Below are positions 29,116-41,617 of a DNA stretch of 64,000 nt, in pieces. Every line of letters starts with the position of its first letter. The stretch's first letter is position 1. The notes beneath the pieces are model-generated. The model was not told where the DNA came from. It saw only the letters and a list, made by a program, of their open reading frames with translations, and did no database searches. A program made the position numbers and the translations under genes. Source of the DNA: Octopus vulgaris (lineage: Eukaryota); NCBI GenBank assembly GCA_951406725.2, contig OX597816.1, forward strand, positions 49,662,001 through 49,726,000. Direction: 5' to 3'.

Positions 29116-29594
29116 GATTCCATTTGAAGAAATGAGGGGAAACACTTAGACGCGTTAATGAATCCACCGGATCGTATGTATTTCACATTTGCACGAAGCC
29201 AGAAGCTTAGACGAAAACTTTTAGTGCATGATTTCGACTCAGTTGCTGAAGTAGTACGTTAATCTAGTCACCCCGCATAAGGAAAAGTAAAACTTGATCT
29301 GGGAGAATTTAAAATCTGAAACTCGGAAGAGAATAGTTAATAATGATATTAATAACAATACTTTTTACTAGAAGCACAAGGCCTGAAATTTTATGGAAGG
29401 GTTTTGTTGATTACCTTAACCCCAGCACTGGGCCGGTATTTTATTTTATCGACTCTTACTTAGAAACCTGAAACTCGGATATTACCGATATAAACACAAA
29501 ATTATTATTCCTATTTCTAATACCAGTAGTGTTAATATATGTAGCAGAATATGTAGTAGCAGAAGGAGTAGAAATGGTGTTGTCATCAACTTAC

Positions 29595-30130
29595 CTATGA
29601 GTGGCACGAACTCCGAGGTGGCCGGCATATTCTCTGCTATTAGCAACATAAACACAGAAAATGCCAGTAAGACCGTTATTCCAAGTGTGATTTTTTCTCC
29701 CGAATCTGGTGGCAACCAAAATCCCAGTAGGCTAAGTATGGTTAGCCATAAGCAAGGGAATATTATATTAAACAAGTAGTACAGTGTACGTCGACGTATT
29801 ACAATGGTAAAGGTTACGTCTGGGTAATGTTCTTTGCAGCAAGTGTATCGAACTTCATTTCGAATTACCTTTATATTCAATAAATCCCATTCACCGCTGT
29901 ATACATAGTTTGTAAGATCGACGTCTGCTGAACGGTTCGTTACGTCAACTTGGAAACCGTCATATATCCACGAACCAAATTTCATTTTACACATTTGATC
30001 ATCGAAAGGGAAATATGTGATATCAATTTTACATGAACTTCTTAATTTCGCCGGTGGAGGCCAAAACACTGTTCCATCGCTTGAGACCATTGCTTTGCTC
30101 TGCATGTATCCAGTTGTAAAGTCATCGGCA
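29595..30130 (-). CDS. Internal coding exon of a nicotinic acetylcholine receptor alpha-type subunit (alpha9/alpha10-like), from the ligand-binding domain through M2 and the M2-M3 loop
   Basis: Acceptor ctttctgttttattttccag and donor G/gtaagt, 536 bp (phase 2 to phase 1). Encodes ADDFTTGYMQSKAMV...WPPP, Cys-loop CKIDITYFPFDDQMC, loop B FGSWIYDG, loop C YTCCKEHY (vicinal Cys), M1 LYYLFNIIFPC..., and cation-type GEK-M2 GEKITLGITVLLAFSVFMLLIAE, ending VPLI. Confidence 0.97.
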
Positions 30131-31224
30131 CTGGAAAATAAAACAGAAAGAGGAAAATATTGTTATCAATGTAATAACCATGTACAACAGGATCACCATG
30201 ATTGTTATCAATCTTATTCATTCCAATAAAATTTGCTCCAGTATGGGTATATATTTATGCAAATTTCCCCATTCCCTTCTTAAAAGCGTGTGCATTAGCT
30301 TCACCAAGACAGAAATACAAAAGGAAACTGAGAGGAATTCTACCTTTGTGATCTTCCATTTGATAAGGTATGTTACCTCACGAATGATGTTTCAAATTTT
30401 AATTTATTAATACACGCACGCACACACACACACACACACACTCACACACACACACACACACGCTCACACACATGCACACATACATACACAGGCACAGACA
30501 CATACGCACAAACATATATAATACGCTGAAAACATAAATACCATCTTATAAATAGTGTATATTTGTAAATGTGTATAGACTACAAAAATACAGTAGAAAT
30601 ATTAAATTTAATCAATGAACCATAATAATAAAATTCTATGTTTATGATTATACACTGTACAAATACAATAGGTTGAATGAAGTTTATTTCCAGTGTTTCT
30701 AAGTTTGTTACTAAACTTTGTATGCTTGCCAAACAGATGTTCAGGGAATAGATGCGCACCTGGGTTGCGGTTGTTTGCCAACGTCCTCACGTAATGTACT
30801 AGAGCTGTTACAGTAAAAAAAAAACCGCTTCCTTTGATTTTTGCTTTTGATTATTTTATTCTCTGTTGATCATTTATAATTCAACTTTACTTTAAAAGTT
30901 TTTCTATCGTGATAATGTTTTCTCTCATGATAAATATTTTATTAGAACAAAAATAGTTTTCAAAACATTTTGATAAAATACACGTAAGTACGTTTAATAT
31001 TCTCAAAATTATTTATTTCTAACTATTCTTTCCTTACAGTCGTCGTTGCAGTATGATTTTTCGTAACCATATAGATCATGCTGTGAATGATAGCGTGAAT
31101 TGATATAAATACAGCGCTATCAGTATTGAATAATCTCAGGTCAAGTGTGATTGAGTAGACCTATGACCAAAGCCTTCCCAGATAAGAACATACTATATTA
31201 TTTTATATCTACATTATCAAACAC

Positions 31225-31778
31225 GGCCTTTCTGCCATTCTTTGTCTCACACGGCCTCAGGCTTAACACCGTGGCCTAAATATAGTGCTTGAAGGAGCGG
31301 GTGCTCCCCTGAGTCAAGAGGATGTCTGTAGGAAGACTCCATGTCTGACAACAGGACTCTGCACCTTCCATACAAGCAGGAGAACCCAGTCATGTCCTTC
31401 AGACAATTTCTGCAACAGCATCACTCCTAATATCTGGCGTGCTAATTACCCAGACCGCAACTACCTTGATTATTATGTGTGGGGTACAGTTAAGCGAGAG
31501 AACAGCAAAACTCCTCGTAACATTAAAGATGAACTGAAGGCAAGGATTATGACAGTATTCGCCAACTTAAACAAGGAGACTGTTCATAAGACTTGCAGGA
31601 AATTTTGAAATCGTCTGGAGGCCGTGTTTGAAGCCAATGGTGGTTTTATTGAATAAATTTACTCCTTAGTATTTCAAGATATTTTTATGTAATTTTGGTA
31701 AATATATCTGTTAAAATGAGATGTCAGTGTTATTTTCACTTTTGCGTAATTTAGACGACAATTTATTCCTCGCAAACA
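31225..31778 (+). mobile_element. 3' part of the same Tc1/maT-like transposon family as 5779-6652
   Basis: ITPNIWRANYPDRNYLDYYVWGTVKRE...KDELKARIM and terminus aatttagacgacaatttattcctcgca. Confidence 0.8.
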
Positions 31779-33800
31779 TTTCACATAATTCTGTATGGTA
31801 AGTTTTGTTGTATTAATTTGTCAATCTCTTCATCAGGATCAACTCAGCTATCTTTAATATGCTTAATACGTTCAAATTAACTGGAACGAATCAGAAATTG
31901 AAGTATTATTGCTTTCATAAATTTATCTTGTAGCATCATGTTTTTTTAATTTTTGTACCATTATCTTTTTTTAACTTTTTAAATCAAACCAAATGACAAG
32001 GAGGGGGCATTTTCTCACTTAATGGAGAAAGAAGTTTTAGCATTACTTTAATAATGATATAATGGATATTCATTATTTAAAAGATGTAAAATTTATTCCT
32101 CTACTAAGAAATTCTGAATTTTAAACGTCCCAAAACCGTATGATGTTTGGAATCGGGGAATAAATGAAGTTTTATTATTGACATATTATTCATGTATTTG
32201 TATTTTAGAAAGAGTTTAAAATGTTTTTTTTTTAAATCGGATATCGAATACCGTGTGAAACATGTAAGTACAAGTTGCCTATTGGAGAATATGTATGTGG
32301 ATCCATTGAATTTAGATATAAATTTGTCTAGCTTTAAAGGAAAAATTGACACTATAATATATTTTCCAATCTTGCGTGTTATTTTAGGTGGTTGATGAGT
32401 ATATGTAGACCTGCCGGCGCTATCTTCAATAACGTACATTGCCTGCATACATCAACATATATCAATATATTTTGTTAGCGCAAATGTTAACTGCAAGCGA
32501 ACGCGTAAAAAAGAGAAGTTGCAACCTTCCAAGAAAATAAGCGAACGATCATATCATCGACATATGTAATATATTTCGCAAAGTCTATGTAAAATGATAT
32601 AAATTGTAATGTCTATAGTATTGACTTCATCAAATCAAATAATATTATTGACTGAAAAATCTCCGATGATAATTTGTGTCAATTACGTAGATATTGATTG
32701 ATTTAATGCGCAAAGCCGATGAGAAATCAAATAACCACAAGCTCATGATCGTGCGCTCAATCTGAAATAATGGACACATTTGGAAAATAAAATATAACAA
32801 TAAATTAGTAAAAAATTATTGATAATGATTGGTAATCAATGCACAGTATGCCATCACTTGAAGCAATTTCTATAGTAAATTTCTCGCAACAAATATTTTA
32901 TAGTAAACCAATAAGGTTTTCCTCTCTTCTTTTTCCCATTCTCTTTATCTCTATGCATTTATCAGCTACTTTTCCATTCAGTGAACGTCATTCATTTATG
33001 TAGATGGCGATAAGGAGGATTAGTAGTGAGGTGTGTGTAGTGGGTGAGGGAGGAAACATGCTCGAAAAATCACTCTTAACTCCACCCGGAATTAAATTTC
33101 TGAATTCGACACTTACGCACCACTTAACTAATGAAAATCGAACAATTTAGAGGATTAAAATTCAAATGTCAAGCTGACGTTGAAGTTAGGAAGTTATAGT
33201 TCAAACGTAACCTGTACTTTTTTAGTATATGCAATCGTCTCGTAACAATACTTGGTAATTGTAGTAATATTAATAATGTCATTTCGAGGGCGTTCATCTC
33301 GCAGATGCGTTGCTTCAGATTCAACCACACTGAGTAGGGATTTGCGTAGGTTTTCTCCACTACAGTTCTGGTCTGGAAAAACAATTTTGATTAAATGTGG
33401 TGGCGTGAACAAGTACGGAAGCCCGTTGTATGTATGTATGTATGTATGTATGTATGTATGTATGTATGTATGTATGTATGTATGTCGTTATTCAGTTTAT
33501 TGGCAAGATTTCTTGCCAATAGAGAAAGAAACGGTTTCTAATCTAGACCCAAATCTCCTTCATTGAAATTTCAACATCAACAACAGTGTATGTATATATG
33601 CATGTATGTATGTATGTATGTGCAGATCTGTATGTTTTATGTGTGTGTGAGTGTGAGTGTGTGTGTATAAGCACATGTACGTATATGTGTAAATGTGTGG
33701 ACATGTTCATTTATGCACGCGTATGTACAAATGTATTTGTATTTGGTATATACACGAATGTGCTGTTTGACACTTTGCGCATATATACATGCATACATAT

Positions 33801-33859
<59 letters not shown>

Positions 33860-33860
33860 A

Positions 33861-34058
33861 AGTTAATCCAAATATGAAAACACAACAACGCGAGGACGTG
33901 GAACAAATATAGTATTATTGGACGCTCAGGAAGGAAGGGAAGAAGGAAGGTCTTACGTTTCGAGCGGAGCTCTTTGTCAGAAACATAGGAAAAGGAAAGA
34001 TCCAGAGAAGGGAAGACGGAGGAAAAAAGATCGCCAACGGTACACACGCGGTCACATT
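33861..34058 (-). mobile_element. ~200-bp (TA)n-embedded short element, family C, with hammerhead-like motif at 33950-33984
   Basis: Flanked by (TA)n on both sides. Minus strand reads gttt-CTGACAA-A-GAGC-TCC-GCTC-GAAAC-GTA-agac. Homologous to 51590-51722. Confidence 0.75.
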
Positions 34059-34593
34059 TATATATATATATACCTTTGTATGTGCCTCTGTATGCACACA
34101 ACTGTAAGTATAAAATAAAATTCCCTGCTCAAAAGACATATAAATGAGCCATTGTTATAATGTTACAACCGTCATTGCTACTAAGAATTGCATATTATTG
34201 GTACTTATATTCAATGACGGAAAAAATTTACATCGGTGCATTTGTCATCTCTGGTTCTGTTTCAATGTTTATCCTGTTTTGAATAATTACGCAATAGCTA
34301 ATGATGAAATACTGCTTTAATTTGTTGTTTATCATTTGAAACAAGTATTTTCAGCTACAGGCATGTATTCTTCGCAAAATGTTATTTAATTAGCTTATAT
34401 TCCGAATTTAGATATCAGGTAAAAAATGATATTCGTAAAGGACTCAGCATACTTCATTCTTCATAGCAGGAAACCTATGCTGAGAACTAGTTCTAATAAT
34501 CTCAGGGCAAATGATTTATTTCACACGTAGATCTGGAATAACTATACACTAATTATACATAACTGATAAACGACTTTATAAATGACTTTATAA

Positions 34594-35156
34594 ACAGCTA
34601 AGCCCGGTTTCACCCGGTCGGTTTGGATGATGTGGCTGTATAACCTGTTCTGTGTAATCATTCGACTTGTTTGGGCACGCATACGTTAAAAAAGAATGAA
34701 TTTTTTTCTGTCAAAACGCAAAAAAATAACTGACCAAAAAAAAAAAACAACAACCAAGATTCAACCAAATCAAAAGATGAACCCAAATACTAAGCGAAGA
34801 AACACAGACATTCACATGCACATACTCACACATTCACATATATTCACACAGAGTTGAAAAGCTGTTTGACTTATTTTTCAGCGTACAATTTTCATCATCC
34901 CACTATCAAGTATGACATCACCCTTTCCTTCCTTATTCATCTATCACAAGACTTCCTTTCTCATTCATAAACAAAAGAGTATTATTATAGTAGATTATCT
35001 CGGTAACCATAGGAGCTATGAAAAATACACAAAGCCCAGCATCACCAGCGGATCATTCTACACATCTGGGTAATTTTTCGCGCAATTACACCCAGCTGTT
35101 TGACCGTGAATCCCAGGACAAAAGAAACGCCCATATCAGATTTATATGTATAGATT
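34594..35156 (-). mobile_element. Possible non-autonomous Helitron-like element
   Basis: One end has a short GC hairpin (cccggtttcacccgg). The other ends ...tttatatgtatagatt (TC start on minus). The CTAG terminus is degenerate. Confidence 0.4.
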
Positions 35157-36254
35157 GCTGGCATGCCCTTGGGTATAAAACATTCACATTAGTATTGCTT
35201 CTTTCAGCAGGTGATGATCATTTTCCTAACCAAACTGCAGTGTACAATCTAACATTTAGAAGTCATTCTAGACATCAGAAGATAAAAAGATGCTTTAGAC
35301 AGAATGAGATAATAATGATATTTCGTTGTCTGAAAATATTCTTTGCTCTACAATAAATAGAATTTTAGATATGCTTTGACCTCCATATTTTTTAAATTTT
35401 TACACGCACTGAAGATTCTGGACCTACTGAAATTCTGCTTTAAATGTGGTTTTGGTTCTCCAAAAAGACATTAACACAATTTTATTATGGCCCTTATTTA
35501 GCTATTTTCTCTGTATTTTCTGTTTATCGATTATATAAATTATCTTTTGATAGAAAGTGGGGCAGATGGGCGCATAGTTTTGCATCGATGCTTTCACACA
35601 TACATGCATACACACACATACCCAAATACAAGCGCTTCAATTTTTTCTGTATACCACATTCTATTCCCAAGCCATTATTAAAACCTGATAGTAAAATATA
35701 TGAAACTTGCAGAAAATACGGCAATGCGAGAGAGAACACGAAACCATAAGCCGGTGAGATGAACTTGCTAAAAACACGGCAGTGCCTGCGTCTAAGTATA
35801 GCGGTGTTTCCCAATTATATTTAATTAAACATGATCTTTTATATAATTAGGGTCATATTTGTATAATTGATATTCATCAATTAATATAATTAATGAATAA
35901 TTATTATATAACTCTCATTATTTTAATTTGAATGATAATAATGACTCTTCTAATTGGGATCCAAAGCAATTGGGGAGAATTAAAAGTAAATGACTGCCGG
36001 GTCTCTAAATGAGTTAGCCTTGTGTTTATGAAGTTAATGAAACAAACTGTATTATATATAACAAAAGTTTTAATAATGGAATACTTTCATATATATAATC
36101 TATTGCAGGTGAACAGACATATTATGCCAAGCAGGGACAATTATTTTAATTTGCAACGTGTAATGGAACACACATTCCTACGTACAGTAATGGTGGCAAT
36201 GAATGTTTTCATACATATATAATAAAAGCGTAAGTCTATATAATAAAGAATAAA

Positions 36255-36832
36255 TATTCTATTCTACTCCAGGCACAAGGCTAGATCGACCCCAGTACGC
36301 AACTAGTACCTAATTTATCGACCCCGAAATGATGAAAGGCAATTTGACCTCGAGGGAATTTGAACTCAGAACGTTACGGCGGACGAAATACCGCAAGCAT
36401 TTCGCCCGGCGTGCTAACGTTTCTTATTTCTTTATTGCCTACAAGGGACTAAACATAGAGGGGAAAAACAAGGGGAGACAAAGGAATTTGCCGATTACAT
36501 CTACCCCAGTGCGTAACTGGTACTTAATTTATCGATCCTGAAAGGATGAAAGGCAAAGTCGACCACGTCGGAATTTGAACTCAGAACGTAACGGCAGACG
36601 AAATACCTATTATTTTACTACCCACACACAGAAGGGGACAAACAAGGACAGACAAACGGATTAAGTCGATTACATCGACCCCAGATCGCAACAGGTACCT
36701 AATTTATCGACCCCGAAAGGATGAAAGGCAAAATCGACCTCGGCGGAATTTGAACTCAGAACGTAACGGCAGGCGAAATACGGCTACGCATTTCGGCCGG
36801 CGTGATGATGTTTCTGCCAGCTCGCCGCCTTG
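36255..36832 (-). mobile_element. SINE family E as a tandem trimer of its core
   Basis: Head ggcggcgagctggcagaaac at about 36830. The core cgaccccag...tttatcgaccccgaaaggatgaaaggcaaagtcgacctcggcggaatttgaactcagaacg repeats at about 36287, 36500 and 36676. Confidence 0.85.
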
Positions 36833-37384
36833 AGGAATGAATATTAAAACGTGACACACCTTCATTCGCATTTGAAGTGGAAAAGAAATTCCACGAGTTG
36901 ATCAATGTATTAATCTACTCATTATTATTTTCGTTTTATGCTCACAGACACATACACACACGCTCGCATACATGCATACACATACATATAGATATATATT
37001 TGCACTCTCCCTAGCCCAGCTCTATGAAACTGATTCTCCTCAATTTAAGACCTACATCAAACACACAACAACATGTGTGTTGAGACAGCTTCTTTTGTAA
37101 TTTATCATTTCTTTTCAGGATCATGTAATTTTGTATTCAGAATGCCTAGCAGGCGCAGTTTGCCGATTTCCCCGCCAAACAGATACTTTTTTTCGACTTT
37201 AGTACTAAAGAAATACTTAGAATGATTTACTCATTAGTAATTATATCTCGCCTGTTCTATTCCAAAATAATTGTGCTTATGTAGCCAGCAACGTGTGTAC
37301 TATTGCCTACATATTCTGTGTATAACTGACACACAAAATTGCTTGCAGACCTATTTCACTTCGGTTAAAAAGTATTAACGCATA

Positions 37385-37790
37385 AACCCATTCATGAAAT
37401 CTGGGCAAATTACATGTTGAGAACACCATCAACGAAACTGAAGATTTGTGCATCAATTTCCGTTTGGAAGACCACCTGACAAATTCTTCAAGACTGCTGG
37501 TTCACCGATGTTGTATGAAATAATCACCCGGTAAAAGCGACATCAAAACTTTGACTAAAAATGCAGCAGACCAGAAATACTATCCGACCATTTCCCGCCT
37601 AGAGACGAAAAGGCACCACAATAAATGAGTAGTATGACGTACATGTGAAGAACATACTTCGGAAGTGCAGCGCCACAACAGTGTTGATGAACCCTGTGAA
37701 CTATTTAAAAAAGAATGACAAAATATGCGGTGTTTACGATCATTCGCAATGCTGATCAAAGAAGAAATTTTAGATACGGGAGGAAAGATG
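37385..37790 (+). mobile_element. Highly degraded RTE-like RT C-terminal fragment
   Basis: Weak remnants (IWANYMLRT..TKLKI; LRKCSATTVLM) with many stops. Confidence 0.3.
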
Positions 37791-38919
37791 GAAATTAATT
37801 GATCAAACTAGAGCTACGAATAATGGATGAGATCAAGTTGAAAGATAAAGAGAGAGAGATCAAGCTGAGAGAGAGAGAGAAGGAGAGAGAGAGAGAAGGA
37901 GAGAGAGAAGGAGAGAGAGAGAAGGAGAGAGAGAGAAGGAGAGAGAGAGAGGTACAGAGACTTTTGTAGAATAGCAAATATTAGATCGCCTGTGGATAAG
38001 AAAACGTATGAATTAGTTGCTGGAAACTAAATTGCGCTTTCATACGAGGATATGTAAATAGGAAATTTTCACCAACACAAAAATTGTTCGAAAGTTGGCA
38101 AGAAAATGTTAACCACTTAGTTTAAGAATTGGTCTTTGAGTTAACATATGCCACACAGTTGCAACTACACGAGGAATAATTCATGACATCAGAGAGGAAG
38201 ACATGCAATGTGTGTTGAAAAAAACCCCAAAAAAGAACACATTCGCACACGACCGAACCCGAATCTCAGCTTAAGAAGAATTCGCGTTGATCACAATTCG
38301 ATTGCAGAAATATTCACAATGGTCACAATGAGATTGCAGCGTTTTAACCTTCAAATGAATCTACCGGGTTGCCTGGGGGAGCGGACAACCATTTCCCCTT
38401 GTTCGAAAGGAGTGGAGCAACTTGAAATGAAGTGATTTGCTCAAGAGTAAATTGCATCGTCTGGTCCGGTAATTGAACCCACGATCTACAGATTGCGAGT
38501 GCAACAATCTAATCGCTCATCCACGAATATGCTTCCTAAATAGACATCAGCAAAAGTTGCTGTCGATGGCAGCATGTCCTGTTAAATTGGTGATCTTGAA
38601 TTCCCCTGACACCGGTAAAAACGATATGGGTTCTAGATTGCAAAAATCGGTGTCAAGTTACGTTGCTCTCCGTATAAAGGAAAGTTGTGTTTGCTTGTTA
38701 TCCACGACTGAACAGAGAATTGATGCACCGTTGCGAATAGAACATGTAGGATTTCATTGCAGTTGGTGTTGCACTGGGAAGTGCACGGAGTCTCAGTAGG
38801 CTGTGCGTTTGACAGAATGCATCTGCAATGTTAATATAAAATTGCCCCAGCATATTACGCTACATAACAACAACATATAATATTATATAAATATATTAAT
38901 ATTTCTATCAATTAAATCG

Positions 38920-39315
38920 GTAAACTGGCAGAATCCCTAGTAAGCCGGGCAAAATGCTTAGCGTCATTTATGCTTTGAGTTTAAATTCTACTGAGGTCGA
39001 CTTTGCCTTACACTCTTTCGGAATCGATCAAATAAGTACCAGCTGAACACTGGATGGATGTAATCGACTTCGCCCTCCCGCAAAATAGTTGCTTTATGTC
39101 AATCTAGGCGTGAGGTGGCAGAATCGTAAACATGCCGGGCAAAATGTTCAGCAGGATTTCGTCCGTCTTTACGTTCTGAGTTGAAATTCTGCCCAGGTCG
39201 ACTTCGCTGCTTATTCCTTCGATGTCTATAAAGTAAGAAATATTTGAGGAGTGCGTTTGATATTATCAAATTATCCCCTCCCTCGAAATTGCCGGCGTCG
39301 GGCCAAAATTTAAAA
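38920..39315 (+). mobile_element. Two degraded tandem family E SINE copies
   Basis: tggcagaatc...gccgggcaaaatg...aggtcgactt...taagta occurs twice. Confidence 0.7.
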
Positions 39316-40185
39316 CCAATATTTATATCAATAGCTGACGTACTCTCAATGTCTCCATGTGATTTTCTGTTTCTACCGATTTCCTTTTTCCAAATTCTCC
39401 AGCTAGATTTTCAAGATCTGTTTTCCATTTGGCTAATTTAGTTGGTTGAGTACTTCACTTTACAAATATGAGATTTCATGTTCAATCCCATGCCACACTA
39501 CCAGAGATAAGTGCATTTTCTTTTCCATATTATCAGATAAACATTTTTTTTTTCACAGAAACTTGGTAGCAGAAAACTACGTAGTAGCCTTTGTTATTTT
39601 TTAAATTGTCACCTGTTGTAACATGTCCATTAATACCATGAGCTATTTTAGCGGAGCATACCACTCTTACACATATCCAGTCCACATCTATAGGGTGAAG
39701 ACAATCCCGTCCCTTGTTTCTACTAGCCCCTGAAACTATTTTAATGTGTCGTGCATACTATGCGTCGACAGATTATTAGGCCATCACAAAGAGAGAAAAA
39801 AACAAAAAAATCAAAAACAAAAGATTTTATGACTGACTGATTATCCACATCCTCTCCATCTAATATTGCTATTTTAAAAAAATTATAATTATTAATTTCT
39901 TTTGCTTGTTTTTATGTTTTACGATTGGCGTGTAGGGAATATTGTGTTTCTTTGCATTAAACAATCATTCCATTAAAAGTCGCTCTTCTGAGTTTTATGT
40001 CTGATGATAGTTATTCTTTATGGCTATACTGATGATCCGATGTGGTTGTTATAGCGATGTTCATTGTAGTATTCATGATCGTGGATATTGTGATGATGGA
40101 TATATAGCCGCCGTCTGTAATGGTGATGGTTTGAAGAACATGAAACACTTTCCTTCTCATTTTTCTCTATCGTTTCTTTTCCTTT

Positions 40186-40248
<63 letters not shown>

Positions 40249-41617
40249 GTCATCATTATCATTATCCTTGCTGCTGTTGTTATCCTCGTACTCCTCCTTC
40301 TCGTCATCATCCCCATCGCCGATATCGTCGTTACCTTCATCGTAATCATCATCACCACCACCACAAACATCATCATCGTCATCATCATAATGATTGCCAA
40401 TATTTTTTGCTGTATTACTTCTTATCACATCGACCCACATTTCCGCTCTTCCTTACCGGACACAACAACATCAATATCAAATTTATGCTTGGAATTATGC
40501 GTTTTTTTAGATTCTTAATGGCTGTCGATGACGCCCACATTTTTTAAAGCCTTCCCTTTACTTTTTCTTGAAATGATTCGCTTTTATTCTTTTCCATGTT
40601 TCAGTGTTTGGACTGTCATTGTTGACTCAATGCTTTCAGGGAATTTAGTCGATTATATCGAACAGATTGCCTTGCCTCGTAGAAATGTTATTGATATCTA
40701 TTTTCCAAAAGGTTTGCTTTATTTCGGCATAAAGGGATAAATCTTGCATGAAAATATGCAGCACAATGCATTTTGTTCTACGAGCTGATATAAGAAAATA
40801 CGTATAAGCATTCAAGAAAGAAATATTTATGCAGTAAAATGACTTGCAAGAAATTGTTGCCATATCTTCAAATATTACCCTACCTTCTTAAAAAGCACTC
40901 AACATATCACATAATTTACTCCCGAGAATAAACATTTCGTAAAAGAAGGGTAATTATTCAGAGTTCAAATGAAAATTGAGGACAAGTATTGTCTACAAAT
41001 TTGAACGTCATCAGAGAACGACGCACCGAAATCTGTGAATATGTATGATATTATAAAATCCCAATGAAAGTTATCATTAAAGTATTGTTTCGCTAAATGC
41101 ACATAGCATATAAGGAAAAACTAAAAATTAAAAAAACAAAACCTTCCACACAAATATAGACCATTATGAAGTTCTAGATTAACTATTATGCAAATTAAGC
41201 ACATTTTTAGGGCATCAAAGGAAGCAGGGTGCCTCAGAAATGATAAAAATTTTACAGTACAAAATAACTCATTTTAAACTTGTTCAAATAACATTCGAAT
41301 TGCTTTATATGAGCAGAAATATAACTTCGAAGTGTTCACTGTATCATAGTGAAGATCTGATCACAGACTTGGGAATTTCTAAATGCAGGAGAAAACTATC
41401 AAATAGAAATAAAATAGAAATAAAATGAAAACATATATTAGAAAAAAATTCATCTTACTGCTAGTTTTGCTTCGTTTTAATAGATAAGTGAAATAAGAAT
41501 ATTTTTTATGAGTTGTTATTGTTTACATTTTGATTTATATATATACAGAGGGCACTAAAATCTTTTAATAGCTAAGTGCCTCTATGTGTCTTAATCCAGC
41601 CTTTCCATTATATAAGC

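Noticed and set aside
29482-29594. Hydrophobic extension of the nAChR ORF (KLMTTPFLLLLLLHILL...) as M3
   Set aside because: It lies beyond a consensus gtaagt donor, derives from low-complexity repeats and does not resemble M3. It is intron read-through.
29595-30130. Cephalopod chemotactile receptor or anion-selective nAChR
   Set aside because: It retains vicinal cysteines, the aromatic box residues and GEK, and it is intron-bounded, so it is a canonical cation-type alpha subunit.
32104-32448. 114-aa ORF and similar non-repetitive ORFs (35018-35356, 38473-38799)
   Set aside because: No recognisable domain, AT-biased composition and no convincing splice signals.
36255-36832. CRISPR-like repeat-spacer array
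   Set aside because: The context is eukaryotic, the units are ~105-bp SINE cores with homologous spacers, and there are no cas genes.
39605-39640. Upstream nAChR exon ending ...YN/gt (also a similar site at about 50425)
   Set aside because: The preceding codons give WTCYN or SDEHYN, not the expected W.PDI.LYN.
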